From: Trichoplax sp. H2
Lineage: Eukaryota
Assembly: GCA_003344405.1 (NCBI GenBank)
Contig: NOWV01000201.1
Location: 62,001-126,000, forward strand
DNA: 64,000 bases
Direction: 5' to 3'
The position numbers and the translations under genes are program-made. Shown here piece by piece: positions 15,076-26,158 of the stretch. Below the pieces are notes generated by a model. The model ran no database searches. It was not told the origin of the DNA and worked only from the letters and a program-made list of their open reading frames with translations. Numbering within the stretch: the first letter of the stretch is position 1; every line of letters begins with the position of its first letter.

Positions 15076-16089
15076 ATGCTAATACAAAATTTTTATATTG
15101 GTCTTGCTATCATATATATTATTGTCATAGTGGTTTCTGTACCGGGCAACATATTAATCTTGGCTTCAGTTATTTCCGATAAACGATTAAGGACACCAAC
15201 AAACGCTTTAGTCTGCAACCTATCCATTGCTGGATTAATCATTGCCATTCTTCGCCTTCCTATCAAAATCTACGAATTATTCCATCCCTTCGATGGGTTT
15301 CCATTCCCAAATTCTGTCGATATGTGTCGTTTTCAACAAATTCTACCGACTGCTTGTGTTTTATGTATTTCAATTACATTAACAACTATTTGTATTGATC
15401 GCTACGTAGCAATTGTACATCCAATGCAACGCCAACTTAAAATGACGCGCAAGAAAGTTTTCATTTTTATCCCAACTAGTTGGATAGTATCGTTTTGCTG
15501 TTTTATAGTCTACGCTAGCTATATGGTATTATATGATTTTGGTGGCAAAAAGTATTGTATACCATATTATCCTGAACATAATGGTAGTGATATTATCCTT
15601 ACTAATGCATCGGGTTATCCTATAGGCGTTTTAGAAGCAACACGAATATCATTATGGGCAACATTTATTCCGGCTGTATTTTTAATCCCATCTATAATTA
15701 TGATAACATTTTATAGTATTACCGCACGTAATTTATGGTCTGAACATGGTCCTAGTGATAGTGTTAAAACTATTACCTTAAAGCACCATGATAGAAGGCG
15801 CGATCAGAAGAAAAAAGCCATCAAAATATTGATTACTTGCTGTGTAGTCTTCGTTATCACTAACTTTCCCTACTATACAATATTTATGCTATTAGATCTT
15901 CAGCTGATAACTCTTCCGCGGCGTTCTATCATCACCAACACATTAATCTTGATCAATTATTCTGCTATAGCATACAATCCAATCATTTATGGCTATTTTA
16001 ATATAGGTGTCAGATCGAGAGCACGGAAAGTATTAAGATATATGAGTTATGCACCAACAAAGTGGAATAGCAGTCATGCTTATGAGTAA
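15076..16089 (+). CDS. Single-exon class A GPCR, paralog of 241..1239
   Basis: 337-aa ORF with 7 TM segments, 'PGN', 'LRTPTN', 'CIDRY', 'YNPIIYGYFN'. Shares diagnostic blocks with the first receptor: GFPFPxSxDxCR, SYMVLY, CIPxYPE, DIILxNxxGxP, KKKAIKILIxCC. Confidence 0.95.
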   Translation: MLIQNFYIGLAIIYIIVIVVSVPGNILILASVISDKRLRTPTNALVCNLSIAGLIIAILRLPIKIYELFHPFDGFPFPNSVDMCRFQQILPTACVLCISITLTTICIDRYVAIVHPMQRQLKMTRKKVFIFIPTSWIVSFCCFIVYASYMVLYDFGGKKYCIPYYPEHNGSDIILTNASGYPIGVLEATRISLWATFIPAVFLIPSIIMITFYSITARNLWSEHGPSDSVKTITLKHHDRRRDQKKKAIKILITCCVVFVITNFPYYTIFMLLDLQLITLPRRSIITNTLILINYSAIAYNPIIYGYFNIGVRSRARKVLRYMSYAPTKWNSSHAYE

Positions 16090-19000
16090 CGGTTTAATCC
16101 AAGTGGATATATCATCAACTGTTTGCATAAACATTTTGGGACGATGCAATCTTCAATGTAACATTCTTTTGGAAATCTTTTATAGAGAATTGACATCGTA
16201 CTAATAGAGTCTATTGTCCGTTTTTTACAGCTTATAATAACATTTTGACATTTACTAATTTCTTCATGGTATGCGAGAAAATAATTATTTATTTTACTCA
16301 ATTTATTCAAATCAATTACATGAGTATCAGGGATGATACTAATTTTAAAAATATGGAAGCATTAGGTATATAGTGATGTATGATCGTTATTGGGTCTCCA
16401 ATGCTACTAGTAAAAATTTGTTTACTGTTAGCCTTAATTTTTTTTTACGCAGTATTTACTCCGATGAATATCATTCTTGCCGGTATGAAAGATTGTGTTA
16501 ATACCACTTCGGCGTTACTATTTTTCCTATAGTATGAGTTATTCAAACAATAGAGTTTTAATATCGCTTTTAAATTAATTTTTGAAGAAGTAATACTTTA
16601 AAATGTGTTTAGGCCGTAATTAGAGAGTTGGACATTGAATATATTTATGCAGTGATAGTGTACAGTACAGTAAATGATAACTTACACTCTTGGGGAGGGG
16701 AGGGGAGCTTCGAAGAGGAATACTCTTAGAAGTACCCGCTCTAGTTCATAATTTACTCGAAGGCTGCATAATAATAAATGGTAAATAAGTGAATTGCTTC
16801 TTACTCGTTCTTTTTTACATTTTGACTCTGTTTTCAACTTTGCTAGAGAGCTTCAATGACATTTATTTATTTTAATTCAGATGTAAATATAATATATGGC
16901 AACATTAGATATCTAGATATATCTTAATGATCCCGTAGCTATCCTCTGCTCAATAAAGATGTAAAACTTTAAAAAGTGTACTATTGAGTAATTAAGATAT
17001 ATATTAAAGATAGTTCGGGATAGATCAAAGACAAGTTTTTAATCATTTACAAATCTAAGTTTCTATGATGAAATTTTTAAAAAGAATTTTATTTAAATAA
17101 TAAATATTCCTTAAAAACGAATTATAGATTTATAATGTTGTTGAATTTTAAATTTTAAAGTAGAAGGCTATGTGGGCACGGAATTTGGGAAATGATAGTT
17201 CAAAAGTAAAAAAGTTATTTCTGATTTTAATTAAGGTAGAAGTTATACTTAGTGCTAAGACCTATTGTTTCTAACATTACAATTGGAAGCGAATCGTGAT
17301 AGGCATTGATAAAGTAATAAAGAAATTAAAATAATAGATGTTGCCAATTTTAACCGTTATAGAATAATTTCATCTATTGAGTAGCGCTTCGTGCTAAGCA
17401 TTCTTCACACTGTATAATTTACTTTAATCCAACCTATAAATAGCTAAGCATATTAGAAGATCGTGCAACAGAATTAATTTCTCAGTAGCAATTAGTTAAA
17501 TAGTAAAATCTATTCAATTCTTTATGATTAAAAGCTGAAAAATGTAAGTTATAGCAACAGTTTAACAGTTGGCGTCACTGAAGTGATTAGAAATCGAACG
17601 CGGATATATATTCAATACAATACCATTTCCAGTAAATAGGAACAATTTAGAAATACAGGTGCCATCAAATGGCGCCTCAGAAATAATGAGTGGCAGCTGA
17701 GCTTTATTCCTTGGTCAGCACTTATAGTATTTCCAATTTTCATAAAAGTATTTGATTTGACTACGCATTACCATTAGCAACGAACAAATAACTTCAAAAA
17801 ATATTTTCTTTCGTATTGAAATATAGCCTACTAGCATTTATGTTTGCTATGGAGACCTTCTTTGATTGTAATTCAGTAAATAACATTCATATTATAAAAG
17901 TTAATAATTTCATTCATAATTCGAAAGCGGTATTGTTTCATGTTTGGCATCAGTATAAAAGTGAAATTGATACCGTCTTCATTTTCGATAAAGTAAATTC
18001 TAGTCATAAAGGTCGCAAGATTAAATTACTTCTATAATTACATCCATCCGATTATCGTAGCAGGTATTGTATTGAAAATAATGAAGTCTTATTCTTTTCT
18101 ATGGTTAATCTTATTGGGTCATTTTGTATCACTTTCGGAAATGATACCAGTGACAACCTTTATGAAGACCGAATTCATGTAGAGTAAATAGAAAATGCTA
18201 TGGCATATTACGGATACTCTTATAAATGCTATTTGATCAAAGTGCCATGTTGCATGTGGTTAATAGCAAAAAACATCAATAGGATATATGAATAATAATT
18301 CTACTATGCCCGCAGTCCTATTGCTAGCATTAAATACACAATGTGTTGATTTAGGTATTATTTGATTGATTTCAGGCATAACTAATCTTTCAATCTGGTT
18401 TGCAAATATTCAACTGTTGTATAATATGACTAAATTATATATCTCCAAGACAAAGTCGTGTAACAAACCGTAGATATTAGTTAGCGCCGATTAATATTAG
18501 AAAGAAATAATGAACTAAGGATGATCCTATCGATCAGCTGTAGTCTACTTTTATCGCGTATAATATTGACTGATCAGCTAATATAAAGGAATGAGTAGAT
18601 CTAGAATAGAAAGCATAATTAGAGAAACATTTTATCAACTGTATTGATCGCTTTCATAGGATAAGGCCGTATCAGGAAAAATCGAAAAGATACGGCCACT
18701 TCTCTTAACAATCATACTATTTATGGTCACTACGATTATACCAACTATAATGTATTGGCTTTTGGGTAATAATAACTAAATTAAGGAGATAAATACACTA
18801 TGTGATTATGATTCAATCACAAGACATCGCCATCAAAATAAATAAGAAAGCTAATGATTGGCACCTTTTCAGATACAATACCCACTGAGAAATGTTGAAC
18901 GCGATAACAAAATATTCACAATTTTAGCGTTATGACGTTGCAATTTTGGGGATATGTAGTAGTGGCCAGCGAATAGAAAGCAGCAAGCGACATGCCTTCA

Positions 19001-19825
19001 GAATATACGTATTCTATCGAAGATTGATCCGTTTCCTATACTTTCTAAATTGCAGGCGCGAACATCATATTCGTGAACGTGCAAATAAACTATTTTGGGT
19101 ATGTCTTCATCTTTGAAATAATTACAGTATCCTGTGATAATAGTTGAAATTTTTGGATGTCTTGTACAACTACTTCCGTGCATAGCATGGAGATGATACT
19201 ATAAATCCTCGTATCATGTCAACTTCGTATAATAGGCTTTTGAAATAGTAGAAAATGAAAAATCTATACCTAATTATGTTACGAAATGGTGTAGTTCATA
19301 TCAGAATAGAGTTATGTAATAAAACCACCTTAAAAGTAGAAAAACTGCATCGAAATATTATATACGTTGTATTATTACCCCTGGAGCATGTAGTGTAAGA
19401 GAGAATTGTGCCCAAAATAGAATTATTTCCTTTCGATACAATATTGAACGCATTGACTTAGTTCAATCTTTTCAATTTATAGCTGAATGTTGAATTTTTT
19501 TAACGTCAATAAACTGAGATATGAATGGTAGCACCAATATACTTTTCTCGAAGCCATTGAACAATGGATCCATTGTAAACTGTTCAATTTTCTACTTTAA
19601 AAATGCTTCTGACTTTATAAAACAGTATAACGAAGCATGTATACGGCCTACAATTAGGTATTCTATCGTTCTGTAGCAATGGCATTTGATACACTGTCTG
19701 TGGCAGATACGATATGATACACAAAATATAGCGTTCAAATGCGTCTATGCAATTGTATCATGATGGCGTCTGCGAGAGTACAGTAGGCTTGCTAGCAGCG
19801 TCTAGCAAGTTCAAAAAGTTTCACA

Positions 19826-20470
19826 CCTGACTATGTAATATGTACACTCACTCAATTGTACAGTATGTTTAATGCACAGCTAGGTGTAAAGATTGGGCTA
19901 GTAATTTATAAAATACCAAATTCCAATCACTTGGTGCTTTGGTTAATCTCCGTTAAGTGATTCCCTATTGCAGGTCATTATGTTTGTTAGTGAGCAAGTG
20001 AGCTTCTTACAAGAGTTGATCACTTGAAATGAATGACCTGACTATGGAATATGTACAGTATGTTTAATGCACAGCTAGGTATAAAGATTGGGCTAGTAAT
20101 TTATAAAATACCAATTTCCAATCACTTCTGTTTTGTATGTAAGAATACAGAAATTTGTTGTACTGCACCTAACGTGTTAGCATAAGATAAGGTAATGAAT
20201 TACTAGGATAAGGGTATAATAAGTTCTTACGGCTATACTACAGTATTTCTTAAATGCAGTAAATCCTCAATCAAGGAGACTCTTAGTAATCTTACTAGGA
20301 GGAGTGTATCAAAGTCTCTCGTGCTAACGTTAACGACTAAGAGTGGGAACACAACGACTTCGTGCTTTGCTACATCTCCTTTAAGTGATATCCAATTGCA
20401 TGTCATTATGTTTGTCTGTGAGCAAATTAACTTCTAACAAGAGTGGATAACTTGAAATAAATTGGATTAC
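19826..20470. repeat. Local duplications: ~75-bp near-identical pair (about 19857-19931 and 20052-20127) and ~100-bp diverged pair (about 19946-20045 and 20374-20470)
   Basis: tgtacagtatgtttaatgcacagctagg(t)...gggctagtaatttataaaatacca occurs twice; atctcc.ttaagtgat...gtcattatgtttg...acaagagt.gat.acttgaaat occurs twice. Confidence 0.85.
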
Positions 20471-20586
20471 AGTAGTAGAACCATTACTATTCGCATTAGT
20501 CGATCCACGCTGGTAATACTTCGTCAGCAAGTACAACAAAAACTATTCGTCCTAGTACGCTCGTCATACTTGGCGTAGTCGATAGC

Positions 20587-20655
20587 GTACAGTACAGTAC
20601 TGTAGTGTACTATACTGTACTGTACAGTACTATACCGTACAGTACAGTACAGTAT
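20587..20655. repeat. Mixed TACAG/TACTG pentamer cluster
   Basis: gtacagtacagtactgtagtgtactatactgtactgtacagtactataccgtacagtacagtacagta. Confidence 0.9.
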
Positions 20656-21004
20656 TTGAAATCCTCGTACTGTAAAATACAGTACTAAGTAGCAAACGAT
20701 GCAAACCTCGGCATTGTGTCAACCAGTGCATGAAGAAGATTTCGACAACATGGACACTGGACAGCCTGGATAGAAACCATTTTGTCAGTTTAAACAGTAC
20801 TGTAGTGCATGGGTTGTGAACCGTTGGTTTGCATGCTGAAAACTCAAAATTGGTGCAACAGTAGGTTTGGAAGCGATCAATAGGCACTTTATTGCTTCAA
20901 ATGACAACAAGGTACTAATGGAGATACAACAGAGAATGTTGTTGGTATCATGGTACGAGTAGAGAGTATTTCAAGTGTAATATAGTTATGACAGTACAAC
21001 GAAG

Positions 21005-21598
21005 ATGGCCAACTCTTTGAACAAAGTCAATTTCAATCTGGCTTGGAGGTATATCGGTAATGCACCACTTGCAGGAGTCCCTTCATTGATGGTGTTAGAT
21101 GGCTGCAGTATTTCCTCCAAGAGTATAGTGTACGGTTTTGACCTAGACGGTACACTGATAACGACTGCTAGTGGCAGTAAAATACCCAAAGGCTATCGTG
21201 ACTGGAAATTTCGTTATCCTCAAATTGTTTCAAAAGTGAAAGAGCTACACCAGCAGAATGTGAAGGTGGCGATCTTTACCAATCAGGCCGGTATATCATT
21301 AGGCTACATTAACACTAGTGGTATTGGTCGCAAGATGGAAGCTATTGTACGTGCATTAGGGGTGCCGATTCAGGTATTTGTATCGACTTGTTATGATCAC
21401 TGTCGTAAACCCGCTCCAGGCATGTGGGAATATATGGAAACCCACTGTAATAATGGCGTTCAAGTCAATCGAAGTCAATCATTATTTATTGGGGATGCAG
21501 CTGGTAGAATGGGAGATCACGCAGATAGTGACAAAGCATTTGCAAACAACTTAAAAATTGCATTTAAAACACCAGAAGAATTTTTTTGGGATAATTGA
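21005..21598 (+). CDS. Stand-alone polynucleotide/DNA 3'-phosphatase (PNKP phosphatase domain only, HAD family)
   Basis: 197 aa with HAD motif I 'FDLDGTL', motif II 'TNQ', 'RKP' and 'GDAAGR...DSDKAFA'. Ends at 'TPEEFFWDN*' with no kinase domain. Colinear with the N-terminal part of the neighbouring PNKP. Confidence 0.9.
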   Translation: MANSLNKVNFNLAWRYIGNAPLAGVPSLMVLDGCSISSKSIVYGFDLDGTLITTASGSKIPKGYRDWKFRYPQIVSKVKELHQQNVKVAIFTNQAGISLGYINTSGIGRKMEAIVRALGVPIQVFVSTCYDHCRKPAPGMWEYMETHCNNGVQVNRSQSLFIGDAAGRMGDHADSDKAFANNLKIAFKTPEEFFWDN

Positions 21599-22827
21599 TA
21601 ATGTTGATGAATGATTGGTGGTGCTTGCAAGATAATGTCTTGACTTGACTGTGTCAATATTGTACTGTACGAGTATATGCCAAAGAATGGCGTACTATTG
21701 ACATCAGAGTTTTGTAAAAGGATCACGCGATAGACAACCCGCAGGAAAACTGACAAGCATCCAAATTTTCCTTTTTACAGAACTCTGTTGTACTGTACCG
21801 TGAACATTTTGGAAAATACTCGGTAGACGATGGCATCCACTTTGTCCCGATACTGTTCTAGTTATTTCAGGTAATTACAGTAGTTCGTAGTTTTGTGTAG
21901 GCAATACTGTACAGTGATAGTATGTAGTGTTCTTATGAGAGGAAGAAATTGGAATTCTTCTCCGACGGACGATACACAGACGTTATTAATAAAATGAACT
22001 GTTGTGAGTCAATTGTACGGTGTTGACTATTTTGTGTTGCATTAGGGATTTGCTCGATTTGAACGACTCAGAATTTTGAGTTGACGGATTACGAACCGAG
22101 GGATAATAACCCGTACACTATAACTGGATACTCGTAAGTATACAGTATAAGCAAGTTCAAGTTTTGTATCTATTGATGAAAGATTTTGGCAACAAAGCCA
22201 AATCATTTCATAATCAAGTCAAGCTCTTGTTGTGTATTATTTTGAAAACATTGGTTCTCGCAGAGTTGCAGTGCTATTCATTTCTTTCTATTTGGCTACC
22301 TTAGTATTTTTGGTGCTTTCTGTACTGTCTATTAAGACAAATTGAGTCTGCCTTGGAATATTGTAGAGCAAGTACTCGACTATTTGACATGGAATTCTGC
22401 TGTGTCGATTCCAAGACAATATTCAATGTGATGATTGAACGCTCTACTCTACTCTACAGTATTCAGTATACAGTAATGTACCGTGAATCATTGTACACTA
22501 CTGTGCTCAGGAGGGTATGGGGATCGGGCCAGACCCAATCCATCAAGACTTGTACGTCTAGTACAATCCGCCAACGATGTTATACATCCCATCGCTGCCA
22601 CCAGTGTCACAAAATAGCTTTCGTGAACGTACCTAAACTAGTCTATCTACTCTTTTATGGTTCTCCGACTAACTCCGAAGATGCTCAGTAAGGGAAAACT
22701 AACTTATTCCTATACTATAGTAATCAAGTCAAAACGGTAGGTTTAGGTATTTAATAAATGTCTTTATTACTAGCCCGTTTACGTTTGTACTCGTGTACTG
22801 TACAAAGGCTGTTGCAAGTCATGACAC

Positions 22828-24068
22828 GTCCCATTCCATCCATTGTAGCGACAGAGTTACGTTTGGACATGTTAACTGGACTCCACCCATGGAAGAAAGC
22901 AACGGCGGGAATGGAAGGAAAATGGACTAAGAGTGTTGACATAGTTAACGCAATTGTATGCGTTTCATCATGTTCATTTCCCTTCCAATAGAACGGCATG
23001 CCATGGAAATCAATTCCACGGTACTACAGTATGCTGGTGCAAGGGTCTACAGTACTTTTCACTCAGTCCATTCGTCAAGCATTGTACTGTAGGCGGAACT
23101 TGCCACAGCCTTTGGACTAGCCAAGAGACCAAGAGTGTTGACATAGTTAGCACAAACAATTACACTGTCGAAGGTTTAAGGTTTAATAGAACCCGTGATG
23201 GAAATCATCCACGGTACTACAGTACAGTACAGTATGCTAGTGCAAGGGTCTACAGTACTCTTCACTCAGTCCATTCGTCAAGCATTGTAGGCGGAACTGA
23301 AACGGATCCGCTGATGCCACAGCTTTTGGACTAGCCAACTCGGTGTCGGTGTGACGTANNNNNNNNNNNNNNNNNNNNGTCCCATTCCATCCATTGTAGC
23401 GACAGAGTTACGTTTGGACATGTTAACTGGACTCCACCCATGGAAGAAAGCAACGGCGGGAATGGAAGGAAAATGGATTAAGAGTGTTGACATAGTTAAC
23501 GCAATTGTATGCGTTTCATCATGTTCATTTCCCTTCCAATAGAACGGCATGCCATGGAAATCAATTCCACGGTACTACAGTACAGTATGCTAGTGCAAGG
23601 GTCTACAGTACTTTTCACTCAGTCCATTCGTCAAGCATTGTACTGTAGGCGGAACTTGCCACAGCCTTTGGACTAGCCAAGAGACTAATTTTAAGAGTGT
23701 TGACATACTGTAGTTAGCAGTGAGTACAGTGTACAGTACAGTATGCTAGTGCAAGGGTCTACAGTACTCTTCACTCAGTCCATTCGTCAAGCATTGTAGG
23801 CGGAACTTGCCACAGCCTTTGGACTAGCCAAGAGACTAAGAGTGTTGACATAGTTAGCACAATTACACCTGTCGAAGGTTTAAATGTTTAACCACTTTAA
23901 TAGAACCCGTGATGGAAATCATCCACGGTACTACAGTACAGTATGCTTGCGCAAGGGTCTACAGTACTCTTCACTCAGTCCATTCGTCAAGCATTGTAGG
24001 CGGAACTGAAACGCATCCGCTGATGCCACAGCCCTTTGGACTAGCCAACTCGGTGTCGGTGTGACGTA
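22828..24068. repeat. Complex tandem array of a ~150-220 bp unit (about 5 copies), partly duplicated across the N gap
   Basis: The core caagggtctacagtact(t/c)ttcactcagtccattcgtcaagcattg...ggcggaact...gccacagcc..tggactagccaa recurs five times. 22828-23358 is repeated after the gap from 23379. Confidence 0.92.
23359..23378. other. Assembly gap (20 N)
   Basis: Run of n characters. Confidence 1.
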
Positions 24069-24303
24069 CCAACACGTACGTCATGTCGGCTGAGACGACT
24101 GCATTCCTTTCTATCCCATACAAATGCAATGCTGAAAATGGGTGTGGTGTCGAGGAGAAGCGGCATACAGCTGAGGCTATATAAAGCAACGTCACCAATG
24201 CAATTCAACCGGTTGAAGCTTGACTTGTCTCCACAACCTTTGCTAGACAACGCCTCCATTACTATTGAACAAATTGAGCAAACTTGATCTTGATCCAACC
24301 ATC

Positions 24304-26158
24304 ATGAAACGAAAACAACCTGCACGAAATAGTGGCAGTAATGCTAAGAAAGAGAAAATCAGCCAGATATCATACGACGCCCAATGGAAACAAATTGGAT
24401 CACCAATTGCAGCTGATTTGAAACCTCTCCTCATCTTGGATGGACCTGGCATTCCATCTTCGCAGGTCGTCTACGGTTTCGATATGGATGACACCATTAT
24501 TACTCCAGCTAGTGGAAGAAAATTTGGCCAAGGTTCAGACGATTGGGTCTTGCTATTTCCTGAAGTAGCAGATACATTGAGAGAATTGCACAAAAATGGG
24601 ATAAAAATAGCCATATTTACCAACCAAGGAGGTATCGAAAAGAAGAAAGTCACCGTGCCATCCATATGTAAAAAAATTGAAAATATTATCAATGAAATTG
24701 ATATACCCATTCAGGTCTTTATTTCAACTGGTCAGTCTCATTACAGAAAACCTAGTCCTTGCATGTGGGAATACATGCAAAAGAATTGCAATGGTGGGAA
24801 AAACATCGATACATCAAAATCATTTTATGTTGGAGATGCTGCTGGTAGACCCAAGGGTTGGAAACCGGGTGCAAAAAAGGATTTCTCCTGCAGTGATAGA
24901 ATGTTTGCTGCTAACGCCAAGGTCCAATTTGCCACACCGGAAGAATTTTTCTTAAAGGAAAAGCCTGCATCATTTAATTGGAATTCGATCGATCCCAACT
25001 CTTTACTAAAAGAGGTCATTGCTAAGAATAAACGCCCAGTCTATGCTTCTAAGGTAACGCTCTCTTTTTCAATAGGTATCGGTAATAAAACCTCCATAGG
25101 GTCTTCATCCATGAATACTGAAACTACTGCATAGGCCATAAAATACATAGACTGCAGCGTATCCACCTCCCTATCGATCTATGTACAGTACTTTGCTTTA
25201 TTCATTATTATTAGTAATGCTTACTCAGCCTGCCGTAGTACCTACGATGTAACATTATCTTAACAGCTTCAGCATAATAATTAGATTACTCAAGAATATC
25301 TTTTGTAATTCAAACCATTATTGATATAGCTACATACAATTTGCAATAGGATAGTAGGACAGCAATCGAACTGAATCGACATCGATAGGGTAGCTTCAGT
25401 CATACAAGTAGCTCACAATGTGTTAAGCGGTCTCCATTAAAAGCCACATGCATTAAATTGCTCATTTACAGCTCCACTTTATATCATAATATGTACTATT
25501 ACCTTTTATACGCCTTTTATTCAATTTTTAAGTTTCGTTATGATCAATTTATAATTTTATGAAGCGGCCAATCTACTCAGTTTTATAGAATACTAGTTAG
25601 ACAACATTAATTAACTCTAAACAATCAAATAACTGCTAAATGCTAACCCCCAAAAACTGTGTGATATCGATTTTTTAGAGCCAGGAAGTTGTCTTACTGA
25701 TTGGTCGTCCAGCTTCAGGCAAATCTACCTTTGCCGAGCGGTACTTTGTATCTGCTGGCTATGTATCAATCAATCGGGATACTTTGCAAACGCAGAAAAA
25801 GTGCTTAGATGTGACCAAGCAGTCCTTGAAAAGTGGTAAATCTGTGGTTGTTGATAATACTAATCCGAGTAAGGAAGCACGCAAGAATTACATTGATGCT
25901 GCTAAAAGTGCCGGTGTTCCTGTCAGGTGCTTCCACTTGACGACGAATGACGAAATTGCTTCTCATTTGAATATGTTTCGTCAAACGCAAACGCAAGGAA
26001 AGAGAAGACGAGTACCTTATGTTGGTTTCAGGGTATATGATAAAGGATTTCAATCCCCTTCAAAATCAGAAGGCTTCACTGAAGTCACTATGTTAGATTT
26101 TAAACCCTCTTTCGATAGCAAAAACGATCAAGACATGTTTCTTCAGTGGACTTGTTAA
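24304..26158 (+). CDS. PNKP: Bifunctional polynucleotide 5'-kinase/3'-phosphatase; exons 24304-25053 and 25679-26158 (about 409 aa)
   Basis: Phosphatase motifs FDMDDT, TNQGG, RKP, GDAAGR, KKDFSCSDRMFA. A phase-0 GT-AG intron (AAG|gtaacg ... ttttag|AGC) joins to the kinase domain with P-loop GRPASGKST, 'NRD' and 'VVDNTNP'. TATA-like 'ctatataaag' at ~24177. An in-frame acceptor at 24244-24246 means upstream exons are possible. Confidence 0.92.

Noticed and set aside
18998..19183. 61-aa minus-strand ORF and other short ORFs in 3.9-7.0, 30-32, 37-42 and 47-50 kb
   Set aside because: No motifs, no splice-linked partners, and lengths compatible with chance
21830..22140. Possible 5' coding exons of PNKP (MASTLSRYCSSYF.. 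with a donor at ~21871; exon-like 22046-22133)
   Set aside because: Joining them introduces a stop and the phases do not match the 24247 acceptor; at most these are UTR exons
22828..23700. ~530-bp block duplicated on both sides of the N gap, treated as a real segmental duplication
   Set aside because: A near-identical repeat flanking a 20-N gap is typical of unmerged haplotypes or contig overlap, so the true copy number is uncertain
22353..24298. Short ORFs on both strands within the 23-kb array
   Set aside because: They are by-products of the GC-richer repeat, have no recognisable motifs, and the 5-bp indels between copies break the frames
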